Shown here: one piece after another, positions 39,500 through 53,454 of the stretch
Layout of the letters: each line of letters starts with the position of its first letter
How positions within the stretch are numbered: the first letter of the stretch is position 1
NCBI GenBank assembly: GCA_002189035.1
Contig: NEEC01000016.1
Coordinates: 1,550,001 to 1,614,000, forward strand
DNA: 64,000 nucleotides
Direction: 5' to 3'
From: Utricularia gibba
Taxonomy: Eukaryota > Plantae > Magnoliophyta
Translations under genes and position numbers: made by a program
Notes under the pieces: model-generated
What the model was told of the DNA's origin: nothing
The model's database searches: none
What the model saw: only the letters and a program-made list of their open reading frames with translations

Positions 39500-39760
39500 T
39501 GTGTGATCTATGTTATGATTACTATCTTAAAGGAACTACGGGGTTTGAAGAGAAAGACATGAAATAATTTGAAAAATGATGTACAATAATACTTCAAGAA
39601 CACTTGAGTTGTACTTTGAATTTTATAAAAGAACAATTAAAAAATTTATAGATAATATTGAATGAAAAATCTATGATCTATCATCACCAATCAGTGGTCT
39701 TAGTTATACATCTAAATTCGAAGAAAAATCGATAAATCATAATGACCAACTAGGAGTCAA
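39500..39760 (+). mobile_element. Possible PIF/Harbinger Myb/SANT-like ORF remnant
   Basis: Degenerate CDLCYDYYLKG...LNFIKEQLKN, resembling the FCDLC...QLKNK pattern of that ORF. Confidence 0.3.
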
Positions 39761-40939
39761 AATTGTAGATGGCAAACCCCAAAAAAATCTACAACTCGTG
39801 ATGGCCAATAATGGATCATGAGTGAAGAACTTATTTAACCAAAATCTATCTAATGAATGGTAATATATTTCAACATTGGTTTCTTTTTTCAGCATCATGC
39901 CTTCTTTGTATTGTATTGGTTGATTTCTACTTTATAATAAAAAAAAATAGTCAATATTTTATGAGAATAAAAAATTCCAGAAATAATCTCTTGATTAAAA
40001 ATTGAACATTTAGGTAACTGTTGTATGCTGTTTTTTTTAACAAATTTTAAATAAAAAAATGTACAATAGAATTAAGTGTAATATGAATATCAATCACAAG
40101 AAGCTGAACTTTTACAAAAGCTGAAGTTTTAAAACCTATTATATATTGTCACAGATTTTGTAAAACAGATAAAAGATGCTAAAATTGAAAATAAAATTTA
40201 GGTAATAGATCTTCATTAAGGAAATCAGTTCTTAGAAAATGAATCTTTCTTATTTCTCTCTTATTATTTGAGTTTTTACTAATTTCTTTCATATACCAGT
40301 TATATGAATAAAGAATTATCTAGAATTTCTTCACTTTCATACAAATAAATACGAGATTTGTCTCATTTGATTTCCTCTTGTATATTAAAAAGAATAAGAG
40401 TAAATAGCTTATGATTGCTCCCAAGATTGAAATTTGCGCATATGCGCAATTGTTGTGAATGTTCAATGCCTGAGAATGAGGTCACTACCTATTTATTAAC
40501 CAAATATCTTGATAAGAAGCAATTCATCATCTCTCTCAAATTAGAAAAAAAAAGGAGAAGTTTTTCTTCTTTTTGCTTTTTATCAAAATTCACGAAAAAT
40601 ACCTAATTACCTATTGAGAACTAAAAGAGTAGGGGGACTCAATTAATAGACTTTGAGTTTGTACATAAAAAAATGACACTCATAGATAGATATAGAAGCA
40701 TAGACATTCAATACATTAAAACATTAAGGTAATCACAATAAGCTCTAAGATAACAGATAGTGCTTAAATTAGACTTAGAAATAAAAACACGTGCCACATT
40801 AAAAGCATTAAAAAACATGCAAAAATTTTTGCCCCTATGGCAAAAAGAAAGTAAATCTTTGGAAATGAGATTACCTAAAAAATTATCAAACACAAAAGTG
40901 ATTAGAATTCAAAGACTATTTTTGGATAAACAAGAAAAC

Positions 40940-42173
40940 TTATCTTAAAAAGAGTGACATCGTTTATGAGAATATTCAAACAAGAGAACTATTACATGGG
41001 AAATAAAGAATGAAACGACTGTAGTGGGCAAAGGGCGATCATTCCAGTGTATCTGAAATGTGGCTGCCAACATGAGTGAGATTGCCGCTATGGAGTTTGC
41101 TTCAATTGTGAATAAAAGGGTCATATCGCATGGAATTACACTACCAAGGAAGTTAAGATAGCTCCACCCCCAACGGCCTATGGTACGGGACGAATTTATC
41201 ATCCTGATTGGGCCTGGAGCAAAGTAGGACTAGAAGTTGATTATAGGTACGATCCAACTCCTTAGAACTAATGTCATGGTTTTATTTGATTGTGGTGCCA
41301 CCCATTTGTTTGTATCAGGGGAATGCGAGGTGGGGTCGGCTGCATGAGGAGGAGTTGAGTTTCAAATAAGGATCTTAAGAGGGGAAATCCTTTGTAGTCG
41401 GCGACTGGCTTTAATATCAACTGTGACGGCCCTACCTAAACCCTAAGTTGGATTCTACCCTTGATCACCTTATACAGTCAAGGGATTGAGGTATCACCCA
41501 ACAACCACGACCTTTCAAAAAAATAAAAAAAATAAAAAGATATCCCCTTTAATCAAAAGTAAAGTAACAACAATCCGAGCAACTATGACAAGCAACAGAA
41601 AAGGTTCATATAGTCTATTAACATCAATTGTAACCCAAAACCAAGTGAGCCATTACCCAAAATATCCGACCGCCTACCCAGCTCTTTCCTCTAGCTGATT
41701 GCTAGCACCAGCTTGTTACTCGCCACTAATCGCTAGGTTGCATGTGCTGCCATGAAGGCTCCGACCTGCAGAGAAAGTTAAGGTGTTAGTCTCTACAGCT
41801 TTTACCCATTACAACACACACCCACACGAGCCCAGCACCACCCTGTGCTCACATGTCCTTAGACACTTCAGGCTAGCCTTCATAACCCATATGCCCAAGT
41901 TAAACTCCATGATCCCCTTGTGCTCGTGCCCACCCAGCACCCTACTCCTTCCTTCAGCACCTAGGCTAACGACTTCATCCCACATGACCCGATGACGTCC
42001 TTGTGTACCAAATTCCACGATAACCTCCCAGTCCAGAGCACCTGCTCCGCTATCGTGCACCCACTCAACTAGCACGCCCAACGTCATTCCCATGACCCTG
42101 CACGACATATAACCTCTGCGCTTGAGGCTCAGACCGTAGCACCCAACGTTGATCTCCTAGAGACTATGGCTAT
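40940..42173. mobile_element. Chromovirus (Tekay-like) gypsy remnants: protease fragment and LTR-like segment
   Basis: VMVLFDCGATHLFVS at about 41272-41320 is a retropepsin DSGATH variant. TGTGACGGCCC at about 41421 is a Tekay-type LTR terminus. Confidence 0.55.
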
Positions 42174-45100
42174 TGTTGATTTATGCACACTATGGGTTAA
42201 GTGTCATTTTTTAATTTATTATTAGGTATTATTATGTGTTAATCTAGTGTTAAGTCTTCCAATTAGGAATTATATTGATAAGTAATTTATTTTCCTAGAA
42301 AAATCCTATTTTCCTATTTTGTATATATTTTATTTGTCTTTTTCATGCATTTTGATCGAGATATGTGAGGAGGCAGTCGTGGAGTGTTGCAAGAGGATAG
42401 ACTCTGACTTTTCGTGCCTTGCACGTGACTCGGAAAAATTGTGGGCGGAAGACTGACACTGGTAAGGCCCCTGACTTACGGTATGTCAAAGTCTTCAGTA
42501 ATAATTGGGCGCTAACTTGCACACAAAGAAAAGCTGGTAGCACACGCAAGACAGAAGGAATGATGGAAGGGGACCAAAAGGAGTTAATGCATGTAGGAAG
42601 TGATATAAAATCAACTTGGAACACTTGCTTTCGGATCTTCTTTTTGCACTTATCTTTGTACTTAGAACTTTGAGGTTTTCCCCCCTCCAAGGAGGAAGAA
42701 TACTTAGCTCCCATTTTTGTTCTGTTTTCATGGCCCTTTGTGGCTAAAACTCTTTAGTTTCTGAGAGTAGATGAAGTTTCCTTCCAAGTCTTGAGCATTT
42801 CACTTGTTTCTTCGCTAAATTCAATCCGGATTTTGCATACTTCCACGTGTATTGTTGCAGTCTTTCTGTAACGACTCTTAGTCATGGTCTATGAGTAGCA
42901 GGCCACTCCTTGCGGGTCTTGATGAAGAGCAAGGTGAAGAGCACCAACTCCAACCCTACCGGTTTGAGGGAAGTAGCGAATTGTTTGTGGTAGAGGTAAC
43001 ACGACAATGGACGAGTAGTGACCTCGTACCCGCTACTGGTCATTGGCAACAGCTGAGCACATGCACACAATTCTCTTCTCTTCTTAATTGTCCAAGCGAG
43101 AATCACATGAGGCTATTTCCGTGCCTCCTTGTTAATCAGAGTGTAAGAGAAAGTAGGCTATTCCTTGATCCTATAACCAGCTATTCGGAAGGAATTAGTG
43201 AAAATTGAGGCAAGGATAGACAAAAGAAGGAGACGGAATCTCATTCTACAGAACTGTGTCCCGTAGTCAATGTCAATCACTTAGATTGTAACTTTTATTT
43301 CTACATTTCAAAAACCCCTTTTTACAAATCCGTGACAATTTATGAAAGTTTTCTACAAAACACTTTTCGCAAAACTCAACTCCCTGAGATCGATACTTGT
43401 ACTATGCTCTTTTGTGTTTTACATTTTACATATTTAAAATTTGTTGGGGAAATGACATGCAACAAATTTTGGCGCTGTTGCCGGGAGTTGTGTATTTTTG
43501 TATTTAGTGTTGTATATAGTTTTTCTTTTTCTTTTCTTTTTCTTTCTTTCCTCTTGCTTTTCTTTTGTTTCCATTTTGCTATTGTTTTTCTTTGTTTTTA
43601 TGCATTCAGCTCCACCCAAGGGTCACTGAAGCTTGAGATCGTATCGAGAAATCTTGTGCCCCTTAGATTCGGAGATTGAGTGCACATTTCTAGCGAAAAA
43701 GCGAGAATTAATTTCTATTTCATCTACTGACAAAGAAATGACTGCTTAACCACTACTAGAGTCCCCACAATGCACGAAGAACAGGAGCAACAGCATTTGC
43801 AATTTTTTCCAGTTCTGCCGATCACTAATCATGGCCTAACACTAAGGACCATCAAAGAAGAAATCACCACCAACCATGCTGACCAACCATTTTGTATCAT
43901 CTTTGATGCGGAACAGGACTTTGAGCTTTGCCCATATCTGTTCTAGACACTTTCTAAATTTGCTGGGAGAGAAAATGACGACTCAAATCGTCATCTTAGA
44001 GAGTTGCACACGTCTTGTGCATCCATGCACCTAAAAGGTGCTACGGAGAACCAAGTCAAGCTGCAGATCTTCCCTTTCAGTCTCACTAAGCGAGCCTTGG
44101 AATGGCTATGTGGACTACCACCATCCTCTATTGCAACCTGGGAGCAAATGGTTCAGATCGATATGCGCCACTAGGAAGAGCCTCCGCGGGAAGAAGAGCT
44201 TTAGCTACCATGCTACAAAGTGAAGGAGGGAATTTACAAAAATATTAGGACAAATTCAACCGGATATGTGACACATATTCACAGCATGGACTTACTTAAG
44301 GTCAAATTCTACAACATTTCTACGAAGGATTGACCCCCATGATCAGAGGACAAATAGATGCCACTTGTAATGGGTCATTACTAGAGAACCACCACAGCGC
44401 TAACGCCCGAAGATTGATAGAAAAAATGGCTGCCAACTCTTATTCTACTTCCAGTCAATATGACCACTCATATCGAGCACCTGAAGGAATTTCTCAGCCT
44501 ATAAAATCAATGCATGAAGTGGACAATTATGAAGTTTTAGCTCAACTTGCTGCTATGAGTGATACATTGAAGCTATGATACATGAGATGCCAATAGAAGA
44601 GGTAAATGCATTTTACCAGAACCAATGAGGAGCTTACAACTACGAAAACTATCAAATGCTGCGAAGATACCACCCTGGTTTCTGCTGGAGACAAGCAGTA
44701 CCTCCTGTTCAAGCCCCATCACTAGGGAACCCTTATGCTGTTCCTCAACAAACTCTCACTGCTCTGCCTCAGCCTTTGCAAATCACTGGAGTTGCAGATC
44801 AACATCTTGTTCCTTATCATCCGAATCATAATTTAGAGTCCATGGTGAAGTACCTTGTCGAAAGCACCACCAAAATGCATGCCGCCCAAAAGGATATCGA
44901 TGGATGAATCACTAGCATGCAAACTCAAATCACCTAGTTAGAGCAAGCCATGAACTGGTTGGAGATGCAAGGAGCACTGCCATCCCAGCCAGTGAAGAAC
45001 CTAGAGCACATCAACGCAATATCTTTAAGAAGTGGGAAGGATCTACCGGAACCTTACCCATGGTTCATGACTAAGGTGGACAGATCCGAAGAAAAGGAAT

Positions 45101-45590
45101 TAGAAGTCTTGGACGACGATGATGACGTGGATGAGGAGATTATTTTAGAGAATTCTGATGGTTCTCCAGTCGAGAACAATGTTGTACCGATGCCACCTGA
45201 AGAAGTGAAGGAGAAGGAGTTGCAAGAAGTTGATCATCCCAAGACTTTAGTCATTCAACCTCCTTTTCCTATGAGACTTTGAAGGAAGAGCAAGGACAAA
45301 CGTGGACTAAAGGCTTTCATGGAGGTGATGAAGAAGGTTAATGTGAATATCCCTTTGCTGGAAATGATTGATCAAATGCCAAAATTTGCAAAAATGTTAA
45401 AGGATTTGTGTGACCCCAAGAAGAAGATAAAAGTGGAAGAGGTAATTCCTTTGACTGAAAATATTTCAGCAATTATTCAAAGATGGCTTCCATGAAAGTG
45501 TAAGGATCTAGGTATTTTTCCATACCTGTTACTATTGGTGATACCAAAATTTCAGTTGACATGTGCGATTTATGAGTTCTATGTGCGATT
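42174..45590 (+). mobile_element. Truncated Athila-like gypsy element: 5' LTR, PBS and degenerate gag-protease
   Basis: LTR 42174-43464 (TGTTG...CAACA). PBS TGGCGCTGTTGCCGGGA at 43470 is tRNA-Asp type. Gag motifs KLQIFPFSL and IPLLEMIDQMPKFAKMLKDLC; KCKDLG.F..PCTIG; many stops. Confidence 0.85.
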
Positions 45591-47100
45591 CCAAAGCCTG
45601 TTGAGGTTTGCTTTGGGGCTAATGGACAACAAGCATCTCATGATGCTCAGATTTCGATAGGTGTTCCTATCTCAACTGAGGGAGTGGCTCATCTTTGTGG
45701 CTGTGGAAACCACTGAGGAGCTACTTCAGGTAGCTTGCTACTCAAGACTGAACTAGGGGTGATCGATGAAGAGAAAGGCAAGAAGTTTGATTTTGGAGAG
45801 CAAAAACCTGAGAGAAGTGCCATGGGTTCGATGGCAGGTCTCCGGACACCCTATGGAGAGTGTCGTTATGCCGGAACCCATTTTAGCTACAGTTAGATGG
45901 GACATATCACTTAGAATTGTTTGGGGAAGGAGACGAAGGCTATGTAGAACACGATAGAGTGAGTCATGGCAACCATTCAGATCACACAGAGGCAAAGAAG
46001 AATGAGAATGATATATAATAGGTATGCTCCTACTCTTAAAAACAAATATTGCAGTTTTTTTCGATTGCGGAGCCATGCATTCCTTCATCACGAGGGAATG
46101 CACATGACAAGCAAGACTTTAGGGTCATGAATTGGTTGAGTGTTTGAAGCTAAGACATCAAGAGGAAGAGTACTGTGTGGAAGGCATAAACACACTAAAG
46201 TGGTGATATGCCTAAGGGCTATGGGAGCCAAGGTGGATTGATAGAATTAGATATTTTTGGGATTGATGTTATCTTAAGATTGAATTGGCTATGATGGTAC
46301 CAAGCAGGGATTGGTTGTGCCGGATGGGTCATTGAGCTTGAGGATGCACAAAGAAGGAAATAGGAGTAAAACCATGAAAAGAGAGCCAATGGATGAAATA
46401 GTGGAATTTATACAAAAATTTCGAGATGTGTTTTTGATAACACTGTTTTTATGGTATTTTTATATGTGTTTTTAGTTGTAGGTTTAAATGTTATTTAGTG
46501 TGTTAAATTGTCTACTTTTGTCTATTTAGATTGTTAAAATGTATTTATTAGGAAAACATGCTCAATTGGCAACAATTGAGCTGAAAACTCTAACATTTTC
46601 CTCTAGTCCGTGTTTAAGTCTTAACAAGGTAAGAACTAGTACTGTAGCAGTGCATCTTCCACATTGACAAGTCAAAATGGACACAAAAGTTGTGCAAAAG
46701 TCACTTTTCTCTGAAAGCAGCCACTCTTCTGAAAAGATAAGATTTGGAACAGATATCTCTCTTCTAAAAGCTTGAGGAAAAGACGAAACTACCCTTACTT
46801 TTGAGCTGAAAAAGGAAAAAGTAAGAGAGAGATAGAGCGAACAGTGAGGGGGGAGAAGCGGAGCGAGAGCGAGGAGAATTGTGTTTCTCCGGCGACCTTC
46901 AGATCTACATTCTACACCAGCATTCCACTCAAGATTTTGATTTTCAGTAGATCTACATCTCACAGAAGTATCTTGATACTTTTATTTGCATTTTTCTGCA
47001 CTTTCGTTGTTGTTTAACTTACGCTATTACTTCCTTCATTTTCATGCTTTCTGTTACATTTCGATGCCTTGTTGTGAACGAGAAATCCCTTGTACACCTT
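45590..47100 (+). mobile_element. Tekay-like gag/protease fragment followed by an Athila-type LTR fragment
   Basis: LIELDIFGIDVILRLNWL (RVP_2-like) at about 46240-46290 and IQKFRDVF at about 46410-46432, followed immediately by TGATAAC..., an LTR-like start at 46435. Confidence 0.5.
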
Positions 47101-47339
47101 ATTTCAGCTTATGAACATGATCCTGTTTAAGCCTTTCGTGTTTGACTTTGGATTTCCATGCAGTGCAATGGCATGTTTGTAGTGTCTAGAGAACATTGAA
47201 ACCTCTTGATGTTGGAACACATTAATGACATCTTTGCGGTACCTTGAGGACATTGAAGCTTTGTGATGGCTAGGCACTACAATTGCAAGTTTGTGCATTG
47301 CCAAAAGAATTTCACATGAAATTATAAGTTTCCCCTTCT

Positions 47340-49824
47340 CCTTATTTCAAGCTTGGGTCTGATTGTGTCCAAACATGGACACATGTGGAGTTAAAAACTT
47401 GTACTTCAGTCAGTATATGAAAAAAATGATAAATGAATAAATAATATGGTAAAGTCACTCATTCTCATATATGGAACTCCCTTCACCACCGTCATCATCT
47501 TTACCATTTTGTATAAATGATATCAAGCTTGACCGTCTCAGAGTGAGAATCTTAACACTCAAGCTGAAGGCACTTTGTGATGCCACGGTAGAAGCTAGGG
47601 GTGCCAGCACATGTCTAGCCACCTATGCCAATATATGATACATTGCAACTTACAATTTCCACCAATTTAAGACGTCAAAGTTATCACTCTTAGCTTAAAA
47701 CTAGTGGGTTGTATTGGACAATACCACCTCGTTAGCCTTGATGGTCATGCTAGGAGATGTTGAAATCATGGAATAATAATCATATGCAAAAGAGAAGATC
47801 CATCTATGCAACTTCTCACTTCCAACCCGCATATTGGACGCTTCGCACTCATACAAGTCATACAAATATGTTAAAGCATCTAAAGAAGAGGTATACATTT
47901 TTTTTGCATCAAGTCGGATATTAGGAAGTTCAAGGGATGTGAAATAATCACAAATCAAATTTAAACCGGCGTGCAAACTGGTTGCTTTTACCCTAGGATC
48001 AAGCATGTTTGCTACAAGAAACAACATAGGTATAGTCTCAAAATATTTCATAAATGTAGTGGCTATGACAATCAAGGTAGACAACACAGCATGTATGGTA
48101 AGATAGTAAACACCACTAAATAACCTAGTGTATTTATGAAAAATAGAAAGCAAGTCAACCAATATGTCAAACTTAGCATGCACATCATCATCATCCACAA
48201 TATTAAGGTCTGTATACGTAGTTAAAAACAATGATACAACTTCTCTATAAGGAATAAAAAATTGAAGCATAAAAAACGTAGAACTCCATCGTGTTGGCAA
48301 ATCTATTCTTAAAGTTTGGAAAGGCGGACACTTTAACCACATAAACGCTTAAAAGACACCATTTTGTGCTAAACATCTTCACATGATAAACTATCCTATG
48401 CACACTAGACAAAGCAGCCTCAATATCATTTTCATTTAGTGCATCTTGTACATATAAATTCAAAATATGACATGACAAATGCATCTTGATCTAAAGAAAC
48501 ACCCACTTAAAACAGGATTTATAGATGATTTCAACATGGACATCGCACCAACATTATTGGAAACATTATTAAGATTTATATTAAAGACACGATGAATAAT
48601 TGAATACTCAATATATAAGTAACAAATTTAGCAATTTGTGACTCCATGTGTGGAGTCACTTTTGTATAAACCATTTGCAATCAATCTAATGAGCAATTAC
48701 AACTAAATAATTTTCATCATTAATATCATGCCAACCATCACAAGTTAAACCAAATTTGCATTTCATAGATTGAAAATCATAGATCAAATGTGATTTTTTT
48801 CTTCGAATTGTTTTGACGCAATTCCACCCGCTTTTCTCTTAGACATGGGAGCAAGTCTAGGTTGCAATCTAGATTAATAAAAATGTCGAAAAAACAGATT
48901 CTCTACTTCTAAAAAAGATTTTTCACTAGCAATCAATGCAATTACATAATCAACTTAGGTATCATCAAGATCAAATGAAAAGTTTGAAACATAGCCACGC
49001 AAAAAATTCAAAGTAGATTGTCCTAATGAAGTATATGTCTTGTCTATATGCTTACTTCTAATATTACGAATGAAATTAGAAGTTGAACCACTCTTACCAT
49101 AATCATACATGATGACATAGTACTTACAACATACTTTTTTAGCCTCTTTATCGTGGTTGAAATATTCATACCAATTGATGCATGAAGCATCTCGTTTTTT
49201 TGAGGTGAAAGAGATATCTTCCCTATCGCCCAAAACCTCAATATTACACTCAGGATGTTGCTCGTGTGAAGGTGTCACACTTTGATGTGATTCTTCCATA
49301 TTAGGTTACCTGAAACACAATTGGGAGAAACAAATCATTCCCAAACCTTACATAAATTACTATTAACCGCACATACGCATGCTTGTGTTTCTCTTTGGAT
49401 AGTCGCACACATACATTTTGGAAGGTCTCCAAACACCACAAAGCATGTGAGTTCTAGGGATTTAGCTTCAATTTTGGTCCAAAAGTCTTTGATAATGCAG
49501 AATTAATCTCCTAAATGCGCAATGAACAGCACACAAAAGTCACAAGAGGGAGGGGCACAAGCATTTGAAAAACATGTTATTAGCCCATGTATTTATATGA
49601 TGGTGAATTGGGACTTTATAACATTCATATACATTAAAGAGATTGAAACCCAACGGTTGAACATCCTAGCTCTTTTTGATAGACTACATTACAAGCCCAT
49701 ATTGGTTGACCTGCAGGGTCAACCCGTACTCGTGCACCTCCGACCCGTCCCGTACCCGTTTTGGATGGTTACAGGTAATGGGTTGGACCCATCACAGGTA
49801 AACCCATATCCGTGCCCAGCTCTA
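47340..49824 (-). mobile_element. hAT DNA transposon with degenerate transposase
   Basis: 5' TIR TAGAGCTGGGCAC at 49824 with ACCCG subterminal repeats. BED-like finger (WYEYF...KKVCCKY...STSNFIRNIRSKH), LTCDGW, CHILNLYVQDAL, DLPTRWSSTFFML, LDPRVK, and dimerisation domain VARHVLAPLASTVASQSAFS at about 47570-47630. Confidence 0.88.
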
Positions 49825-51129
49825 GCGGGGCATTGAACCAAAATCTCAATCGCCCTTTGTGAATCGAGTAACTCCCCCATCACCTGCATGGTCTTTTGCT
49901 TTCATGTGATAACATATGTTTTTCAATGTATTAGGACTACAAAATGAATAATATTATGTTATTAAACTAGTAGTTTATTAGATATTTCTTTATTTTCATG
50001 ATTAAGAACATTATTTAGATTTTTTAGTCCCAACGTTCATCCTAATTATTTTCTTTGAGCAATGCACCACATTTTGGGCAATGCAAATTCCAATGAGTTG
50101 AAAGTGTACAATGGAAGTAGACCAAATTCCAAGGAGACCAAAAAGTAGATTTTGGAAATAATGAAGAAATAAAAAGTGGATCTCCCCGTTGAAAAATACA
50201 CAACACAATTCTAAGGAGGGGGATTTAGTAGAAAATCATAGAAAAACCATGAAAAAGAAGAAGAAGATGAAGAACTCAGCTACATTTGAAGATATATTAC
50301 TTCTAGTCAGGGGTAATTTTAACTTTTTGCACGGAAGAACCAGGAAAATTGTTTATTTTCTATTGTTCAACTTTAAAACGTGGATGATGTTTATGTTATG
50401 ACATCCACAGAAAACAATAATCCAACATAAAAGTAATTCATTATTTATGTAAAATAGAAAAGAAAATAAAAACTTTCATTTTTTAAGTAACTTGAAAATA
50501 TAAAGAATAATGAATGTAATTCATTATATTTGGAGTGTGACATAAAAAGACCAAAAGGGATAAATTCAATCAATGAACATCTTCAAACAACCTTTAAAAA
50601 TTAAAGAAATGATTTGTGAATTGTTGAAACTATGACTATTCACTCAAAGCATTAGTGACGTTACAAAATAAGAAATGTTGTAGCATCGATCACATCTTCA
50701 CCTTCTTGAATGTTGATATTGTTGAAAATTGGACATTAAGAATGAGAAAACAATAAAAAACTCAAGCACGTAACATGCTATGCTAGTATTTCTCGATCTT
50801 CAAGGATTCAAGAGTCTTTTCAGGAACACTATTCAACTTAGAAATTAGTTATATATATATATGTCTAACTCTAATGAACTCAAAAAAAAAAAAAAAAAAT
50901 GTGGGCTTAGCCCGTATGCACATGTAAGAGGCTTTTGGGGTCGGTTAGTTTTGCACCCCTCCTCCTTCACATGTAACCTTTTGAGTTTTAGGGCCCTTCG
51001 AAAATCCAATTCGATTTAATAAATTAGAACCATGCGAGATTAACTCATTTTCAAGTTCATCAAAATTAATGTGTTAATATTTCATATAAATTAGTTGAAG
51101 AGAACTTCAACTAATAATGCGGGATACTC

Positions 51130-51500
51130 ATCTATTCTCCAATATCCAATATTTTCAATAGATACTCCCTATAAAGATGACGTTGAGTATGTTCATGCCC
51201 AATAGGTTGCATAAACAACAACACTTAATTCAGTCATAGAGATGCTTCTAACAAGCTCAAGTCCATAACTTGTTTTCAACAAATCACAAAGTTGGAAAAA
51301 AAAATGTATCCATCATCAACTCATCATAACATCTTGCTGGAGTTCCTTCAAGCATCTCTTTCAATTTTCACTGCCCCCATAAGTCTTCTAGTTGGACATG
51401 GCATTTTTGAGATTTCAATGAGTAATTACCAATGGAGGAGACAATTTTTCCTCGTATGTTGTAGTCTTTGTACGGTAGACTTGAAAGAATATCCATCATT
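51130..51500 (-). mobile_element. PIF/Harbinger transposase N-terminal remnant
   Basis: Minus-strand translation EMLEGTPARCYDELMMDTFFFQLCDLLKTSYGLELVRSIS matches the GHP.RCYD.FRM...F..LCD.L...YGL motif. Confidence 0.6.
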
Positions 51501-52439
51501 TTCAGATGACATTTTAAGAGGCTATGAATAAAATATAAAACAATTTATCATTAAGTACCCCATAAGAAAAATTCTAGTTTATGATATTACAAAAAGAAAA
51601 ACTCTAATTTTGTTATGGCTATAGAAACAATTTAATAGCTATAAAAACTCTAGTTTGTTTATTTCACTATTTGCTTAAAAAAAAATCATGTAAAAATTAA
51701 TTCACTCAATATCCACAATTCTACTATCATTTATTGATACCTTAAAATTTTACAATCAACCATAATCAACAATTCACAAGAAGTGCAGTATCCCAAGCGA
51801 TAAAAAACATTCGAGAAAATTGTATATAATGCTTTTTGCATATAATGCATAGGAAGAACAATTTCGTGTTGAGCTTGGCATCAAGTTGATACAGTCACAA
51901 TAGTAGAGATTACAAAGTATATTGAATTTCAAAGAGAATCCAAAGGGATCGAATTAGTCATCTTAATTTTTGACAAAGAGAACAAAATATTACTTATGAA
52001 AATAAATCTATTTGACTCTTGATTAAAAAGAAATAAATTGTCAACACCAGAGAAGCTTATGGATAGAAGAACTTTTTTGTCTTTTTACGATTGCAGTATT
52101 TGTATGGAATCTATCTTAGAAACATTAGAACAATCTCTTTTTAGATAACAGTGGTGTTATGAAAAATTTTTAGAAGCTATTTTTATTTTTCAAAAAATAA
52201 AAATAATTTTATTCTAGAACACTATCAATTGTAAATGTAATTATATCACAAGTAATTTTGAAATTATACTACAAAAATTATTTTTAGAGAAGTAAAGAAT
52301 TACCTACTTTTCCATCTTTAAAAAGTAATTTTGAAAAAATAGAAATACATTCTAAAAATTTTTCACAACGCTGCTTAAGAATATACTACAAGGCAATGTG
52401 CAAAATATTACTTTTTTGTGTGTAAGTGCCCCAAGTCTG

Positions 52440-52760
52440 CCAATGGAATTAGAGTTGTGTTAATGACAAATCCTGTATAAAATAGAACATGTTGCTAATG
52501 AAACAAATCTGAAGGTTTTGATGTTATTATCGTATTAGTATATTTGGAATATTAGGCGGAAAAAGTTTTTTGTGAATGAATATTCCCATAAAGATTCTAT
52601 TGAATACAAAATATATGAATAAAAAATGCACATACATTTAAATAAATAGTTGCTCAAATCATCCTTGACAATTCGACGAGCCTCAACCACCTAAACAATC
52701 TTTATTTTTCGTAATATTTAAGCATATTAATTTTATTTGTACATTTAATTTAAAAACCAT
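52440..52760 (+). repeat. Dispersed AT-rich repeat, diverged partner at about 62220-62570
   Basis: Co-linear shared words in both copies: tgttaatgacaaat, aatgaaacaaat, tatatttggaat, tgaatattc..ataaa and gtaatattt. Confidence 0.65.
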
Positions 52761-53454
52761 CATCTAAATATTACCATTAGAAAAAGTTTGAAAAAAAATA
52801 TCCCTTGATTTTGAATTCTTGTTTTATAAAAAGACAGCTATTAAGCAGAAGGTGTTCCAAACCTATGGAAATTGTTGTTGTTAAACCGGGTACGGAGCAG
52901 GAGTTGGAAACCTTGCTCTCAAATTACGACACATACTTCCAAATTTCTTTTAACCAAAAGCGAGAGCATCCCGTATTATAGTTTTGGACGAGCATTGATT
53001 ACACAGAGAGAGACTTCATTTGAAACATGAAACCACTACTGCGTTTTGGTATATTATATTAATGGGGCTGGCGGGAGATTCTCTCTTCAAATTTAATTTT
53101 TTTTCTATAACAAAAAACCATAAATATAACAAAAAAATTATAAAAAAACCGTCTCAAACTGATTGGGTTGGGTAGTACCCAGCCAATGCCTGACTGATAT
53201 CATGCTGAAGTTTAGTGGGCTATCTATGGTGTACATTTCACACCAACACTTTGGAGGTTTTTAATTTCATGTACAAAGTGTGTAGTTACTGCTAGTAACT
53301 TGCCCAACTCAAAGTTTGATTAAACTGGGGTTTGTTTGAAAATTTGCGGTTGGATTGATGCTCAGCTAGGACAACTCCTACCCGCACTCTCAGTATATAA
53401 TACGAGGTTCCTACACCCAGGTTTGTGCGTGTTGCCTCTGCTGTCGGGAGAGCA

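Noticed and set aside
51939-51960. miR393-like sequence TCCAAAGGGATCGAATTAGTCA (18 of 22 matches)
   Set aside because: No complementary star arm is visible nearby, so there is no hairpin, and it lies in TE-like DNA.
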